From assembly GCA_963772365.1 (NCBI GenBank), contig CAVYXA010000001.1, forward strand, positions 1,568,001-1,632,000: 64,000 nt of DNA, given 5' to 3'. Positions 11,101-22,030 of this stretch are shown here, in pieces. Position numbers and translations under genes: made by a program. This DNA is from an uncultured Verrucomicrobiae bacterium (GTDB lineage Bacteria; Verrucomicrobiota; Verrucomicrobiia; Chthoniobacterales; UBA10450). Positions within the stretch are counted from its first letter, which is position 1. Each line of letters starts with the position of its first letter. The notes beneath the pieces are model-generated. The model had not been told where the DNA came from. It did not search any database and saw only the letters and a list, made by a program, of their open reading frames with translations.

Positions 11101-12231
11101 CAACACGAGCGCCATTTTCTTGGGCAAACCACATTGATGAAGTTTGAGCTCCGGCCCGATAACGATCACCGAGCGGCCGGAATAATCGACACGCTTGCCC
11201 AAAAGATTTTGGCGGAACCGGCCACCTTTGCCCTTAAGCATATCGCTGAGCGATTTAAGCGGTCGGTTACCGGCACCCGTCACAGCGCGCCCGTGACGAC
11301 CGTTGTCAAACAAAGCATCCACCGCTTCCTGCAACATCCGCTTCTCGTTTCGAATGATGACGTCCGGCGTCTTCAGCATCAGCAGATTCTTGAGCCGGTT
11401 ATTTCGGTTAATCACGCGACGATAAAGGTCGTTTAGATCGGAGGTGGCAAATCGGCCGCCTTCCAAAGGAACCAATGGTCGCAAATCCGGCGGAATCACC
11501 GGCAGCACATCGAGAATCATCCATTCAGGACGCGCGTGCGAGTGCTGGAATCCCTGGACGAGCTTGAGACGTTTCGCGAGTTTCTTGCGAATCTGTTTGC
11601 TCTTGGTGGCGCCCATCGCCTTTTCCAGCTCTTTGTTCAGCTTATTTAGATCGATTTCAGACAGCAATTTCTTCACTGCTTCGGCGCCCATGCCGGCTAC
11701 AAAATCCTCGCCGTACTGTTCCTGGGCTTCCCGAAATTCCACCTCGTTCAGAAGCTGGGTCTTTTGCAACGGAGTCTTGCCCGGATCGATGACGATGTAG
11801 TCCTCGTAGTAAATGACGCGCTCAAGCTGCCGCGCACTCATGTCGAGCATCAATCCGATCCGTGACGGCATGCATTTGTAGAACCAAATGTGCGAAACCG
11901 GGACCGCCAGCTCGATGTGGCCCATCCGCTCCCGGCGGACACGAGCCAGAGTCACTTCCACGCCGCAGCGATCACAAATCACGCCCTTGTGTTTGATCCG
12001 CTTGTATTTTCCGCAAGAACATTCCCAATCCCGTGTCGGACCAAAGATTCGCTCGCAGAAAAGACCCCCCTTTTCCGGTTTGAATGTCCGGTAATTGATG
12101 GTTTCGGGATTTTTGACTTCGCCCTTGCTCCAGGACCGCATCGTGTCGCTCGACGCGACACCGATCGCCACTTGATCAAAACCCACAGGGCGTTCCTCGC
12201 CCACTAACTCACGCCAGGAATGTTCGTTCAT
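8113..12231 (-). CDS. rpoC: DNA-directed RNA polymerase subunit beta'
   Basis: NADFDGD active site, Zn finger CSCGKY...CDRC and [16 protein letters not shown]. Confidence 0.99.
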   Translation of the reverse strand: MNEHSWRELVGEERPVGFDQVAIGVASSDTMRSWSKGEVKNPETINYRTFKPEKGGLFCERIFGPTRDWECSCGKYKRIKHKGVICDRCGVEVTLARVRRERMGHIELAVPVSHIWFYKCMPSRIGLMLDMSARQLERVIYYEDYIVIDPGKTPLQKTQLLNEVEFREAQEQYGEDFVAGMGAEAVKKLLSEIDLNKLNKELEKAMGATKSKQIRKKLAKRLKLVQGFQHSHARPEWMILDVLPVIPPDLRPLVPLEGGRFATSDLNDLYRRVINRNNRLKNLLMLKTPDVIIRNEKRMLQEAVDALFDNGRHGRAVTGAGNRPLKSLSDMLKGKGGRFRQNLLGKRVDYSGRSVIVIGPELKLHQCGLPKKMALVLFEPFIIRRLKDLGYVHTVRSAKKMIERQTPEVWDILDEVTRGHPVLLNRAPTLHRLSIQAFEPQLIEGEAIRIHPLVCTAYNADFDGDQMAVHVPLSVEAQLEARMLMLAPNNIFSPSSGKPITTPSQDITLGCYYLTQNPRGATKDAQHLPLFAEAFEVEFAMAERTIRTHDRIRFKNPDLGKQTINGNATAKTIETTAGRVLFNQIWPKELGFFNKAAGKKQLSDIIWRCYQVAGPAETVATLDRLKELGFTEATRAGISIGISDMIIPKEKQTELESAYKQIRLVEQQYRKGIITDGERYNKIIDIWTHAGDEISSVMFRTLEHNEGRKELNPVYLMVDSGARGNRQQVRQLAGMRGLMAKPSGEIIERPITSNFREGLSVLEYFISTHGARKGLADTALKTADSGYLTRKLVDAAQDVIINEPDCDTVNGILVRSIYEGDEEVVDLAQRIIGRVSCETIADPVDKKKKIVKANQLIDEKIAAELQRIGVEQLKIRSVLTCECGRGVCAMCYGRNLATGQFVKMGEAVGIIAAQSIGEPGTQLTMRTFHIGGTASQTFKQPIIKAKNDGEIRYNDLRVVESLEGNWIVLNKNGSVGIHGKDGRELERYNIVIGSVITIKDGGQVKKGETFVQWDPYNVPILTDKGGKIEFRDMIAGVTIKRDVDEATGLMGTVIIEHKEDLHPQIVIMGDKKEVLSSYSIPAGAHLIVEEGQKVRAGALLAKTPRKVAKTKDITGGLPRVAELFEARRPKDAAEIAKIDGIVEMGGTARGKRRLILKDPETGVEEEHLIPLTKHIIVFKGDFVKKGQQLTEGPVVPHEILEVCGPQDLQEHLVNEVQEVYRLQGVEINDKHIEIIVRQMLRKVKITDPGDTSLLWGDQVDKLDFEQENEAVVEKGGKPAEAVPVLLGITKASLETDSFISAASFQDTTRVLTEAATLGKVDKLRGFKENVIMGHLIPAGTGFGAHREIKLIEKGEPIGAPVMEEAEPQPAIG

Positions 12232-12261
12232 GTTTTTTTCTTCTAATTGTCGATCGTAAAA

Positions 12262-15200
12262 TTAGGTCACATTTTCCAGGAAAGCGGTCGGAGCTTGTGC
12301 GCCAACTTTTACGTCGAGCCCGAGGCTCTGCATTTCCTTAATTAAAACGTTGAAGGATTCCGGGGTTCCCGCTTCCAACGAATTGTCGCCTTTAACGATC
12401 GATTCGTAGATTCGTGTGCGTCCCTGCACGTCATCGGATTTCACGGTCAAGAGCTCCTGCAACGTGTAAGCCGCGCCGTATGCTTCCAGCGCCCAAACTT
12501 CCATTTCGCCAAAACGCTGGCCGCCATATTGGGCTTTTCCGCCAAGCGGCTGCTGAGTCACCAGGGAATATGGACCTACCGCACGAGCGTGAATCTTGTC
12601 CGCCACCAAATGCCCTAGCTTCATCATATAAATGTAGCCGACCACAACTTCCTGATCGAAAGGTTCACCGGTCCGGCCATCAAATAGCCGGGCCTTGCCA
12701 TTTTCCTGGACCCAGCCAAATCCCTCCTGTTTGCGTGCATCTTTTAGATACTCGCGAATCTTGGTTTCTTTGATGCCATCGAACACTGGCGTCGCTACCT
12801 TGAAGCCGAGCGCTTTTGCGGCAACACCCAAGTGAGTCTCAAGAACCTGGCCGACGTTCATTCGGCTGGGCACACCGAGAGGGTTCAGCACGATTTCCAC
12901 TGGCGTTCCATCATTGAGAAACGGCATGTCTTCCTCCGGAACGATGCGCGCAACTACGCCCTTGTTTCCATGGCGTCCTGCCATCTTGTCGCCCACGCTC
13001 AATTTGCGCTTGCTGGCGACATAGACTTTCACCTGCTTGATGATCCCGGGATCGATATCATCGCCGCTTTCGACTCGGTCCATTGCGCGCTCGCGCTCGA
13101 GCTCGAGTTCGGCGAACTTGTGTTGGTACGAGGCTATGATCTCGCGAATCTTGTTTCGAATCGGGCTGGGATCGATTTCAATGTGGTCATAGACGTTCGC
13201 CAATTTCCGCAACAACGTCTTGGTGATTTTGCGATTTGCGGGAATGATAATCTCACCCGTTTCCGCGTTGACCACGTCGAGCGGAATTTTTTCTCCGAGC
13301 AGGATATTAGAAAGTGCATCTGTGAGTTGCTCTGTCAGCTCTTCTTTCTTGCGCCTGTGTTCTTCGCTGATCTGCTTTAGCTGCCGTTTCGTTTCCGCCG
13401 GCGTCAACTTCTCGCGCGACACTTCGCGACGAGATGACACCTTCACATCCATCACGATGCCATAGGTGCCGGATGGAACCGTCAGCGATGTATCCTTCAC
13501 ATCGGCGGCTTTTTCCCCGAATATGGCACGCAAGAGCCGCTCTTCTGGAGCCAATTCCGTTTCGCTCTTGGGCGTGATTTTACCGACAAGAATATCGCCA
13601 GGCTTCACTTCCGCGCCGATTCGCACGACGCCATCCGGGCCGAGATTGCGCAAAGCTTCTTCGCTGACATTGGGAATATCGCGCGTGATTTCTTCCGGGC
13701 CGAGCTTGGTGTCGCGCGCGCCGATCTCGAACTCATCGATGTGGATCGATGTGTAAACGTCCTCCTTCACGACCTTCTCTGAGATCATGATGGCATCTTC
13801 GAAGTTATAACCGTTCCACGGCATGAACGCGACGAGCACATTTCGGCCGAGCGCGAGCTCTCCATCCTGCGTGTTTGGGCCGTCGGCAATAACCTGCCCC
13901 CTCTTTACATGCTGGCCCTTGTGAACAATCGGCTTCTGATTGATGCACGTGCCGGCATTTGAACGCATGAACTTCCGCAGCTCGTAGACGTGAATTCCTT
14001 TTTCGGGATCACTCTTCAGCTTGCGTTTTCCTTCGGGCATATCGCCATCTTTCGTGACAACGATCTGCTCGGCCGTGACGGAAGCGACTCTGCCGCTTTC
14101 CACTGCGAGAAGCACCGCATGCGAATCGCGCGCCACCTTGGCCTCCAATCCCGTGCCGACGAGTGGCGCTTCAGAGACAATCAAGGGGACACCTTGCCGC
14201 TGCATATTCGATCCCATGAGAGCCCGGTTGGCATCATCATGCTCGAGGAATGGAATTAATCCGGCTGCCACCGAGACGAGTTGTTTCGGCGAAACATCCA
14301 TGTAATGCACTTTGGAAGGCTCGACCTCCAAAAAATCACCGCGATAGCGAACAGAGACTTTTTCACCGGTGAAATGCCCGCGACCATCCACGGGTGCATT
14401 TGCCTGCGCAACTAGGTAGTTCTCTTCCCGATCCGCAGTGAGATAATCCATCTCGTCGCTAACGCGACCGTTGTGGACTTTCCGATACGGCGTTTCGATG
14501 AAACCAAATTCGTTAATCCGGGCGAACGTGCTCATCGAACTGATCAAGCCGATGTTAGGACCTTCCGGCGTTTCTATAGGACAGATCCGGCCATAGTGCG
14601 ATGGATGCACGTCCCGGACTTCGAAACCCGCGCGGTCTCGACTCAAACCACCCGGCCCAAGCGCGGATAAGCGCCGTTTGTGAGTCAGTTCCGCCAGCGG
14701 ATTGGTTTGATCCATAAACTGGGACAACTGTGACCTCCCAAAGAAATCTCGAATCACCGCACTGAGCGCCTTGGGATTAATAAGCTTTTGCGGCGTCATT
14801 CCATCGACATTGATGTCGAACAATGTCATTCGCTCCTTGACCAGGCGCTCCGTTCGAGCCAGACCAACGCGACATTGATTCGCCAGCAACTCACCGACCG
14901 TTCGCACGCGTCGGCTGCCGAGGTGATCAATATCATCCAGCGTGCCTTCACCGCGACGCAGGTTGATCAAATACTTGATCGCAGCGATAAAATCCTTGTC
15001 CGTTAAAATTCGCTCGCCAAGATCGACATCGATGCCGAGCTTTTGATTGATCTTGTAACGTCCGACCCTGCCCAAGTCATATTTCTTCGGATCAAAAAAG
15101 AGACGCTTTAACAGAGCACGCGCGTTTGCGACCGTCGGCGGGTCTCCCGGGCGCAACCGCCGGTAGATATCTTTGAGTGCTTCCTCCTGATCATGCGCCG

Positions 15201-16071
15201 GATCTTTCCGAAGGGCTTTTACCACTGTGTCATCAGTTGCGATATTGATGACCTTTACTTCCTTGATCTTGAGCGCCAGTATCTGGCGAACGGTTGCCAG
15301 AGTAAGCGGCTCGAACGCGCGGGCAACGGTGACTTCGCCATCACGCACTTCTTCAGTGAGCACCTTCGTGGCCAGCTCCTCTTCATCGAGCTTTTCGCTC
15401 AGCTTCAGCCTCTCGATGTTATAAAAAAGCTCGATGACTTCTTCATCAGAGCCATAGCCAAGTGCGCGCAGAAAAGTCGTGGCCAAAAATTTTCGGCGGC
15501 GTTTGCGGCGATCGAGATAAATGTAAAGCAGATCGGCTGTATCGAATTGAACTTCGATCCAGGAACCTCGATCGGGAATGATGCGAAAGCTGTAGAGTAC
15601 TTTTCCGTTGAGATGCACCGTTGATTCAAAGGCGATGCCAGGTGATCGATGTAATTGACTCACGACCACGCGCTCAGCCCCATTGATCACGAATGTCCCC
15701 TGCTCCGTCATCAACGGGATTTCACCCATGTAAACCTTTTCTTCCTTTGTCCCCTTTTCCTCGCGCAACTGGAACGTCACATGAAGCGGCGCACTGTAGG
15801 TCTGGCCTTCGCGTTGCGCTTCCAGAGCACTGAGTTTGGGTTCGCCAATCTCATAATGGCTGAAATCGAGCACTGCCTTTTCATCGTAGCTCTCGATCGG
15901 GAAGACTTCCTTGAAGACGGCCTGCAATCCGTGATTCTTCCGTTTTGCGAATGGCACGTCTTTTTGCAGAAAATCGACGTAGGAATTGAGTTGAACTTCT
16001 ATAAGGTTCGGCGGCTCAGTGGCTTCTTTGATTGTTCCGAACTGAATGCGATCCGAGTTTCGTTCCGCCAT
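12262..16071 (-). CDS. rpoB: DNA-directed RNA polymerase subunit beta
   Basis: [41 protein letters not shown] and GGQRFGEME. Confidence 0.99.
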   Translation of the reverse strand: MAERNSDRIQFGTIKEATEPPNLIEVQLNSYVDFLQKDVPFAKRKNHGLQAVFKEVFPIESYDEKAVLDFSHYEIGEPKLSALEAQREGQTYSAPLHVTFQLREEKGTKEEKVYMGEIPLMTEQGTFVINGAERVVVSQLHRSPGIAFESTVHLNGKVLYSFRIIPDRGSWIEVQFDTADLLYIYLDRRKRRRKFLATTFLRALGYGSDEEVIELFYNIERLKLSEKLDEEELATKVLTEEVRDGEVTVARAFEPLTLATVRQILALKIKEVKVINIATDDTVVKALRKDPAHDQEEALKDIYRRLRPGDPPTVANARALLKRLFFDPKKYDLGRVGRYKINQKLGIDVDLGERILTDKDFIAAIKYLINLRRGEGTLDDIDHLGSRRVRTVGELLANQCRVGLARTERLVKERMTLFDINVDGMTPQKLINPKALSAVIRDFFGRSQLSQFMDQTNPLAELTHKRRLSALGPGGLSRDRAGFEVRDVHPSHYGRICPIETPEGPNIGLISSMSTFARINEFGFIETPYRKVHNGRVSDEMDYLTADREENYLVAQANAPVDGRGHFTGEKVSVRYRGDFLEVEPSKVHYMDVSPKQLVSVAAGLIPFLEHDDANRALMGSNMQRQGVPLIVSEAPLVGTGLEAKVARDSHAVLLAVESGRVASVTAEQIVVTKDGDMPEGKRKLKSDPEKGIHVYELRKFMRSNAGTCINQKPIVHKGQHVKRGQVIADGPNTQDGELALGRNVLVAFMPWNGYNFEDAIMISEKVVKEDVYTSIHIDEFEIGARDTKLGPEEITRDIPNVSEEALRNLGPDGVVRIGAEVKPGDILVGKITPKSETELAPEERLLRAIFGEKAADVKDTSLTVPSGTYGIVMDVKVSSRREVSREKLTPAETKRQLKQISEEHRRKKEELTEQLTDALSNILLGEKIPLDVVNAETGEIIIPANRKITKTLLRKLANVYDHIEIDPSPIRNKIREIIASYQHKFAELELERERAMDRVESGDDIDPGIIKQVKVYVASKRKLSVGDKMAGRHGNKGVVARIVPEEDMPFLNDGTPVEIVLNPLGVPSRMNVGQVLETHLGVAAKALGFKVATPVFDGIKETKIREYLKDARKQEGFGWVQENGKARLFDGRTGEPFDQEVVVGYIYMMKLGHLVADKIHARAVGPYSLVTQQPLGGKAQYGGQRFGEMEVWALEAYGAAYTLQELLTVKSDDVQGRTRIYESIVKGDNSLEAGTPESFNVLIKEMQSLGLDVKVGAQAPTAFLENVT

Positions 16072-16175
16072 AATCAATTAAGTGGACCAGGGTTGTAAAG
16101 ACGCCTCCGGCCACGATGGTCGCGACCAGCAGACGTAGTGTGTGTTTAGGGGGTTACCAGCGCGCGAAGAGCGCA

Positions 16176-16204
16176 AAAATGGCAGCAAAACAGCAGGCTG
16201 TCAA
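16176..16204 (-). promoter_or_regulatory. Putative sigma-70 promoter upstream of rpoB
   Basis: Minus strand TTGACA-17 nt-CATTTT. Confidence 0.4.
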
Positions 16205-16342
16205 ATCGACTCCCTCTGTTTTGTTGCCAATTGTGTGTTCTGCCCTTGGACGCCGGGTTAAAAATACTTCTAACAGACGTCGACTTTATTTGAAAAAAGA
16301 TCCTGCGCAACAATAATTCTGCGCGCAGAAAAAATTTCTTAT

Positions 16343-16367
16343 GGGGCGCATGTTTTTCATGCGCCCC
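16343..16367 (-). terminator. Hairpin (terminator/attenuator) between rplL and rpoB
   Basis: GGGGCGCATG-5 nt-CATGCGCCCC just after the rplL stop, followed by A/T-rich sequence on the minus strand. Confidence 0.55.
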
Positions 16368-16380
16368 ATGCCAAAAAGCT

Positions 16381-16773
16381 TTACTTGATCTCGACCTTCG
16401 CCCCGGCTGCTTCGATCTTTTTCTTGATCTCTTCAGCCTCCGCTTTGGTAACGCCTTCCTTGATCGGTTTTGGAGCGCCTTCCACAAGCGCCTTTGCTTC
16501 AGCCAAACCGAGTCCAGGCACTGCACCGCGCACTTCCTTAATCACGCCGATCTTGTTCGCGCCCATCTCTTTCAGAATGACGTCAAACGTCGCCTTTTCT
16601 TCAGCCGGAGCCGCGGCTGCACCGCCCGCCGCACCTACGGCCGGACCCGCCGCCACTGCGACCGGCGCCGCTGCGCTGACGCCCCATTTTTCTTCGAGCT
16701 GCTTGACCAATCCAGCAATCTCCAGGACCGAAAGGCCACTGAGTTGTTCCACCAATTTGTCTGTTTCTGCCAT
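16381..16773 (-). CDS. rplL: 50S ribosomal protein L7/L12
   Basis: [23 protein letters not shown] and [11 protein letters not shown]. Confidence 0.98.
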   Translation of the reverse strand: MAETDKLVEQLSGLSVLEIAGLVKQLEEKWGVSAAAPVAVAAGPAVGAAGGAAAAPAEEKATFDVILKEMGANKIGVIKEVRGAVPGLGLAEAKALVEGAPKPIKEGVTKAEAEEIKKKIEAAGAKVEIK

Positions 16774-16898
16774 TTTGTTTCCTCCAATTGCCGCCTCCGA
16801 ACGCCTCCGAAGAATTAAAGCCGATAGCCATCGGCTCGGACAGTTTGTTTGTTAGTGCTCATTCCGCTCCAAAGCGAAACGAAATTTTAAGCGGTAGC

Positions 16899-17420
16899 CT
16901 ATGCTGCTGCGCCCTCCTTTTCTGCCTTTGCTTTCAGCAGTCGCGCCAGAGCCGATCCTGGCTCGTTAAAAATGCGAACAAGGCGCGTGGCCGGCGCAAG
17001 TAGCAACCCCAGCAACTGTGCCTGCAAAACTTCGCGCGCAGGTAGATCGGCCAGCTGTTCCAACTCACTTGTCGAAAGAATGACCCGATCGACAAGGCCA
17101 ATCTTGAGCGCGGCGATCTTAAATTCGGTTGCAAACATCTTCAAAACCTTGGCCACCGGCGCGACATCTTTTTCCCCTGTCACCACCGCTGTTTGGCCAG
17201 CCAGCTTCTCGCTGACATCCGCCATTCCGGAATCAGCCATCGCTCGTTTGAGAAAATTATTCTTAACCACATGCACTTCAGCACCCGCCGGCGCCAGACG
17301 GTTCCGCAATTCATTGAAATCCACGACTTTCATCCGCTGGTAATCAGCAACGAGCACAAAAGGGGAGCGGCTCAACTTCTCGGAAAGATCGGAAACAATA
17401 CTGGGTTTCTCTCGTCGCAT
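16899..17420 (-). CDS. rplJ: 50S ribosomal protein L10
   Basis: VVKNNFLKRA and LADLPAREVL; lies between rplA and rplL. Confidence 0.96.
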   Translation of the reverse strand: MRREKPSIVSDLSEKLSRSPFVLVADYQRMKVVDFNELRNRLAPAGAEVHVVKNNFLKRAMADSGMADVSEKLAGQTAVVTGEKDVAPVAKVLKMFATEFKIAALKIGLVDRVILSTSELEQLADLPAREVLQAQLLGLLLAPATRLVRIFNEPGSALARLLKAKAEKEGAAA

Positions 17421-17431
17421 ATTCGTAGCTC

Positions 17432-18139
17432 CTATGCCGCAGCGCCCAAGTACGGCGCTGGGTCGACATGAACACCGGGCGACATGGTCGCACTAATGGT
17501 GACACTTTCAAGATAGCGGCCCTTTGCGGTCGCTGGTCGTGCGCGCACCACCGCCTCAATGACGGCTTTACCATTCTCCACAAGGGCATTTTGTTCGAAC
17601 GAAAACTTTCCTACTGGCACAGCGACATTGCCATTTTTGTCGAGCTTGAATTCCACGCGACCGGCTTTCACTTCCTGTACGGCTTTTGCCGTATCGTCAG
17701 TCACTGTGCCCGTTCGTGGGTTCGGCATCAGACCGCGCGGCCCGAGCACTTTTCCAAGTTTGCGAACTTCAGCCATAGCCGTGGGTGTGGCGACCGCCAC
17801 GTCGAAATCAGAAAAGCCTTCCTGGCACTTCTGAATCAGATCTTTGAAACCGACATGTTCTGCGCCAGCATCCTTCGCAGCCTGAGCGGCCTCGCCTTCC
17901 GCAAACACGAGGACGCGGACCTGCTTGCCGCTTCCATGCGGCAATGCACACGTGCCGCGCACCATCTGATCTGATTGCTTAGGATCGACACTCAGGCGAA
18001 AAGCTAGCGTCACTGTCTGATCGAACTTGGTAACGGGAAATTTCTTCAATGTCGCTACGGCGTCATTGAGGGGATAGATCTTTGATCGGTCCACTAGCTC
18101 GGTGGCCGCCCGGTAACGTTTGCTGCGATTTTGTGGCAT
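17432..18139 (-). CDS. rplA: 50S ribosomal protein L1
   Basis: KFDQTV, QMVRGTCALPHGSGK and LGKVLGPRGLMPNPRTGTV; start at ATG 18139 (MPQNRSKRY). Confidence 0.98.
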   Translation of the reverse strand: MPQNRSKRYRAATELVDRSKIYPLNDAVATLKKFPVTKFDQTVTLAFRLSVDPKQSDQMVRGTCALPHGSGKQVRVLVFAEGEAAQAAKDAGAEHVGFKDLIQKCQEGFSDFDVAVATPTAMAEVRKLGKVLGPRGLMPNPRTGTVTDDTAKAVQEVKAGRVEFKLDKNGNVAVPVGKFSFEQNALVENGKAVIEAVVRARPATAKGRYLESVTISATMSPGVHVDPAPYLGAAA

Positions 18140-18147
18140 ATGATTGT

Positions 18148-18177
18148 GCAGTTCGAACGAGCACGATGCTCTCCTGC
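18148..18177 (-). promoter_or_regulatory. Putative L1-binding autoregulatory mRNA element
   Basis: Minus strand GCAG-GAG-AGCA-TCG-TGCT-CGTTCGAA-CTGC: two helices flanking an asymmetric GGAG/CGTT internal loop, 8 nt before the rplA ATG, resembling known L1 operator sites. Confidence 0.65.
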
Positions 18178-18195
18178 GGTTGGGTTGGGACGCGC

Positions 18196-18223
18196 ACAAT
18201 AGATGCCGAACACAAGCTGTCAA
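18196..18223 (-). promoter_or_regulatory. Putative sigma-70 promoter of rplA
   Basis: Minus strand TTGACA-16 nt-TATTGT. Confidence 0.55.
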
Positions 18224-18322
18224 CTAGAGATCAATACGAAGTCGCAGCGTTAAGTGTTATCGTCCTGATTAGCCGTTAAAAAGCTTGCAAAATTCGCAGA
18301 TATCCTGGTAAAAACGGCCATT

Positions 18323-19165
18323 ATGAAACACCCCACTGGTTATAAATTGTCGATCCTCGCGCTTGCGCTTCTCGGCTGGATCCAGACGACCTCCGCACGG
18401 CCGATCGATTTTAAAGAATTATCGCTGTTGGTTCGATCGCACGAGAGCGAAAGTTCGATCCGGCAGGATGTGGCCGATCGGAAGCTCATGCATTCGCTGA
18501 CTTCACAACAGGAAAACAAACTCAAGTCCGAAGGGGCGAGCGATTCCCTTGTTCGCTACCTGCGCAATTCCGATCTCGTTGTTTCAAAAGATGAGGCTGC
18601 CAGCTACGAAGTGACCCGTGAGCAGCAATCCAAAATCCCGGCCTTACAAAACGGAGGGACTGGCGCGCAGGGCAAGCTGTATGTATTTGATGTCGCGTTT
18701 GGACATCCCATTAATCTAAGTCAGTGGGGCGGGTACGATTGCGAACTCGCATTTTACGCGTACCGCTCGGCCGGTGAAGACATCATCGAGCCGGTGATGA
18801 TCGACAACGTCCGCACCGGTTCGGTTGTAAGCCGGGTGATCCCGAGTGCAGGACTGAGCGAGAACGAAGCGTTCGCCGGCGAATCGTATCGCAGGCAGCG
18901 TTTCATCACGAACGACGACAATGGCCATCGATTCACGCCGTACGATTCGCGGGGCGATCTCAAAGATGACCGCTTCAACTTCAGCGACACGGCCTCAGTC
19001 AGCTCGCAGTCTGCATCTCGCCCGCTCGCGATCGACTGGAGAAACCCGGTCTCTGTCGAAGGTGTTCCCTACGCGTTATATCCGGTTTATGGAGCGGGTG
19101 GCGTTTCGCTCTATTACATTGGTGGGTCGAGCAGTTCCGTGAAGCTCGCCGTCGCCACGCGCTAG
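18323..19165 (+). CDS. Hypothetical exported protein
   Basis: 280-aa ORF with signal peptide (LSILALALLGWIQTTSA) and a small helical N-terminal domain; no family recognised. Confidence 0.75.
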   Translation: MKHPTGYKLSILALALLGWIQTTSARPIDFKELSLLVRSHESESSIRQDVADRKLMHSLTSQQENKLKSEGASDSLVRYLRNSDLVVSKDEAASYEVTREQQSKIPALQNGGTGAQGKLYVFDVAFGHPINLSQWGGYDCELAFYAYRSAGEDIIEPVMIDNVRTGSVVSRVIPSAGLSENEAFAGESYRRQRFITNDDNGHRFTPYDSRGDLKDDRFNFSDTASVSSQSASRPLAIDWRNPVSVEGVPYALYPVYGAGGVSLYYIGGSSSSVKLAVATR

Positions 19166-19168
19166 ATT

Positions 19169-20542
19169 TCAATCCACTGGAATCTCAGGAGACGGTGCGT
19201 CGACGGAGGCCGCAGAACTCGATGTGGCCGGGCCGTTCCGGATGATTTTTCCTTCTTTCATTACGAACGAGACGCGCTCTGTCGCCGTGATGTCTTTGGT
19301 GGGGTCGCCCGGAATCGCGATGATATCAGCCAGCTTTCCTTTCTCTAACGTGCCGACTTTCTGAGCGATGCCGAGAAGGTCGGCATCATGCGATGTCGCA
19401 GATTTTAGAGCATCAATCGGCGTCATGCCGAGATCGACCATTAACTTGAATTCTTTGGCGTTTTGGCCGTGAGGAAAAACGGCCGCATCGGTTCCAAAAG
19501 AAATTTTCACGCCTAGCTTCACGGCGTTGCGAAACATTTCTGTGCGCGCCTCCATCGCTGCTTTGGCTTTCGCCTGTAGCACAGGGGGGTAGTTCCCGAT
19601 TTTGCCCATGATCCATTCTGACGCCATCAACGTAGGCGTGAGATACGTGCCTTTCGCTTTCATTTGCTTGAGCGTCTCCGGCTTCAAAAACGAACCGTGC
19701 TCGATGGAATCGACGCCGGCTGCAATTGCATCGCGCGCGGCTTGATCGCCGTGACAATGGACCGCTACTTTTTTGCGCAACCGATGCGATTCATCGACCA
19801 ACGCCGCCATCTCAGCCGGCGTCAGCTGCGGAGTGTCCACTTCATCGGCTAACGAAAGCACGCCGCCTGAGACCGCCGCTTTGATCACGTCGGCGCCGTT
19901 CTTCACTTCGAAACGAACGGCCTTCCGAATTTCATCCGGGCTATCGACAATCCCGTCGGTGTAATCCGGTTCTCGACCAAAGAGAAAATCGCGAAACCCG
20001 CTGGTAGGATCGAAGTGACCGCCGGTCGCGCCAATTCCTTTGGTCGCCACGAGCATGCGCGGCCCAACGATTACTCCTTTGTTGATCGAATTGCGCAGCG
20101 CAACATCGACAAATTCGCGGCTGCCAACGAACCGGCTGCCCAAATCGCGCACAGTAGTGAAACCGGCTTCCACAGTGGCGCGGGCGTAAGTTGTCGCTTT
20201 GATCGCTTGCTCGGCGACATTGAGATCGAGCTCGTGCAGGCGGCGAATATTGTAATCGCCGGAAAAATCCAGAGTCAGATGTGTGTGAGCATCCATAAAT
20301 CCTGGCGATAGCGTGGCATCGCCAAGGTCAATCACCTTTGCTCCGGCAGGCACGGCCAGATTCGAGCCTGCATCGACAATCTTGTCGCCCTGCACGATGA
20401 CGACGCAATTTTGAACAAGCGCGTTTGATTTCCCATCAAACATTCTCGCTGCTTTGAGCGCAATCGTTTGATCGGACGCATGAGCAGCGATTCCGAAACT
20501 GAGCAAGAGGAAAAGCAAAAGAATCCGCGACGCAATTTTCAT
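19169..20542 (-). CDS. Exported amidohydrolase (Xaa-Pro dipeptidase-like, amidohydro_1)
   Basis: Signal peptide, PGFMDAHTH, GFTTVRD, VAVHCHG, SIEHG and FGTD. Confidence 0.9.
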   Translation of the reverse strand: MKIASRILLLFLLLSFGIAAHASDQTIALKAARMFDGKSNALVQNCVVIVQGDKIVDAGSNLAVPAGAKVIDLGDATLSPGFMDAHTHLTLDFSGDYNIRRLHELDLNVAEQAIKATTYARATVEAGFTTVRDLGSRFVGSREFVDVALRNSINKGVIVGPRMLVATKGIGATGGHFDPTSGFRDFLFGREPDYTDGIVDSPDEIRKAVRFEVKNGADVIKAAVSGGVLSLADEVDTPQLTPAEMAALVDESHRLRKKVAVHCHGDQAARDAIAAGVDSIEHGSFLKPETLKQMKAKGTYLTPTLMASEWIMGKIGNYPPVLQAKAKAAMEARTEMFRNAVKLGVKISFGTDAAVFPHGQNAKEFKLMVDLGMTPIDALKSATSHDADLLGIAQKVGTLEKGKLADIIAIPGDPTKDITATERVSFVMKEGKIIRNGPATSSSAASVDAPSPEIPVD

Positions 20543-20859
20543 GCGGGTTGTTTAGAAACAATTCGTTCTACTAGCAAGAACGGATTCGACCTGGAGCCCG
20601 TCGTGCGATGATTTAAGAGGCGGAACTAGCTGCGGGGTTTTTTGCCGTTCTTGAAAAAGCGCAGGTATCCTGCCCCGTGCCCGGCATTAATTGTCGATCC
20701 TACTAATTGGCACGTCGCCAATGATTGATCTCCTCAGCATCTGCCGGTTGATCTTGTCCCAACAGAATGCGAATATGGGCGACTTCGGCGACTACGGAAG
20801 TAGCGGTATAGTTTCCCAGCTTAACCGTTTCAGAATCGCTGAACAGCCGAGCATCTATT

Positions 20860-21513
20860 TTGGTACAGGTGATTGAAGAAGCTACAAATAATCGCACAGG
20901 CGTTATCTGGATAACCGGCTACTCCGGCGCCGGCAAAACCACTGTGGGCAGAATCGTGGAACGCGAGCTGAAACGTAAACGTGTGCCGGCAATTCTGCTG
21001 GATGGGGACGATTTACGGAATGTATTTGCTGAGAAGTGGGGCTACGCTCGAACAGACCGGATCGAACTGGCGCGCGTTTATTTTCGGCTTTGCAGTTATC
21101 TTTCCTCGCAGGGATTTACAGTCATTCTGGCGGCGGTCGCCATGTACGATGAGGTACGGGAATGGATCCGCTCGAACATACCGAACGTGATCGAGGTTTA
21201 CCTGGACGTTCCTGAGCAGGAGCGGATCCGCCGCGATAAGCTGACCAAGAATGTGTACTGTACGGCTTGGTTCGTTAGCCGAATTGTCACAGATGAACCG
21301 GCCAATCCGGACCTGCGAATACCCTCCTTTGGAGATATCTCGCCAGAAGCGGCGGCCGCTCGCGTAATCAGACGCTTTCTTTTTTCCGAAGGCGCAGAGA
21401 CGATCAATCGCGGTCAGAGCGAGATACTGGGAAAACTTCTACCGCGCAGCTGTGGGCGAACAGGCGCCTTCGCCCTTCGCGCAACACGTCATGAAGCGGC
21501 TCAGGGGCGATGA
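20860..21513 (+). CDS. cysC: Adenylyl-sulfate (APS) kinase domain; probably fused to the following methyltransferase across a frameshift near 21421
   Basis: VIWITGYSGAGKTT P-loop, LLDGDDLR, EVYLDVP...RRD and EP.NPDL. Confidence 0.85.
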   Translation: MVQVIEEATNNRTGVIWITGYSGAGKTTVGRIVERELKRKRVPAILLDGDDLRNVFAEKWGYARTDRIELARVYFRLCSYLSSQGFTVILAAVAMYDEVREWIRSNIPNVIEVYLDVPEQERIRRDKLTKNVYCTAWFVSRIVTDEPANPDLRIPSFGDISPEAAAARVIRRFLFSEGAETINRGQSEILGKLLPRSCGRTGAFALRATRHEAAQGR

Positions 21514-22030
21514 GCGATTGTTGGAAATAGGTTGTGGCAATGGCCGGGACGCGTCGTTTTTCTCTGCAAACGGGCTGCGTGTTGTGGCGCTGGATGCTTC
21601 CTCCGCTGCGATTGCGCTCTGCCAACGGTTGCACGGCGGCAATGGCATCGATTTCAAAGTAGGCCGGCTGGAAACTGAGCAAACAGGTATCGGCGATTCA
21701 TTTGATGCCATCTATTCTCGGTTCGTGCTTCACGCCATGACCCAGGCTGAGGAGGAAGAGATGCTGTTTGAAGCCTATAATCGCTTGCGGCCCGGCGGCT
21801 CGCTTTATCTGGAGTGCCGATCGATTAATGATCCTCTTGCCCGGGCGGGCGAGGTCATAAGTCCGACGGAAAGGATTCATGGCCATTATCGGCGTTTTAT
21901 TATTTTCGAGGAGCTTCGGCAGCGCTTAGAACGAGCCGGCTTCAATATTGATCACGCCTTGGAGAGCACTGGCCTAGCGCCGTACCGTGACGAGGACCCG
22001 GTCGTGATTCGCATCCGCGCCTCCAAGTGA
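21452..22030 (+). CDS. Class I SAM-dependent methyltransferase (likely C-terminal half of a CysC fusion)
   Basis: LLEIGCGNGRD, FDAIYSRFVLH and LRPGG; the frame extends upstream as YWENFY without its own ATG. Confidence 0.85.
   Translation: MGEQAPSPFAQHVMKRLRGDERLLEIGCGNGRDASFFSANGLRVVALDASSAAIALCQRLHGGNGIDFKVGRLETEQTGIGDSFDAIYSRFVLHAMTQAEEEEMLFEAYNRLRPGGSLYLECRSINDPLARAGEVISPTERIHGHYRRFIIFEELRQRLERAGFNIDHALESTGLAPYRDEDPVVIRIRASK

Noticed and set aside
20691..20876. 61-aa ORF upstream of cysC, or a JUMPstart/ops element at the island start
   Set aside because: No recognisable protein motif and no GGCGGTAG match. It could be a decayed gene, but I cannot support that.
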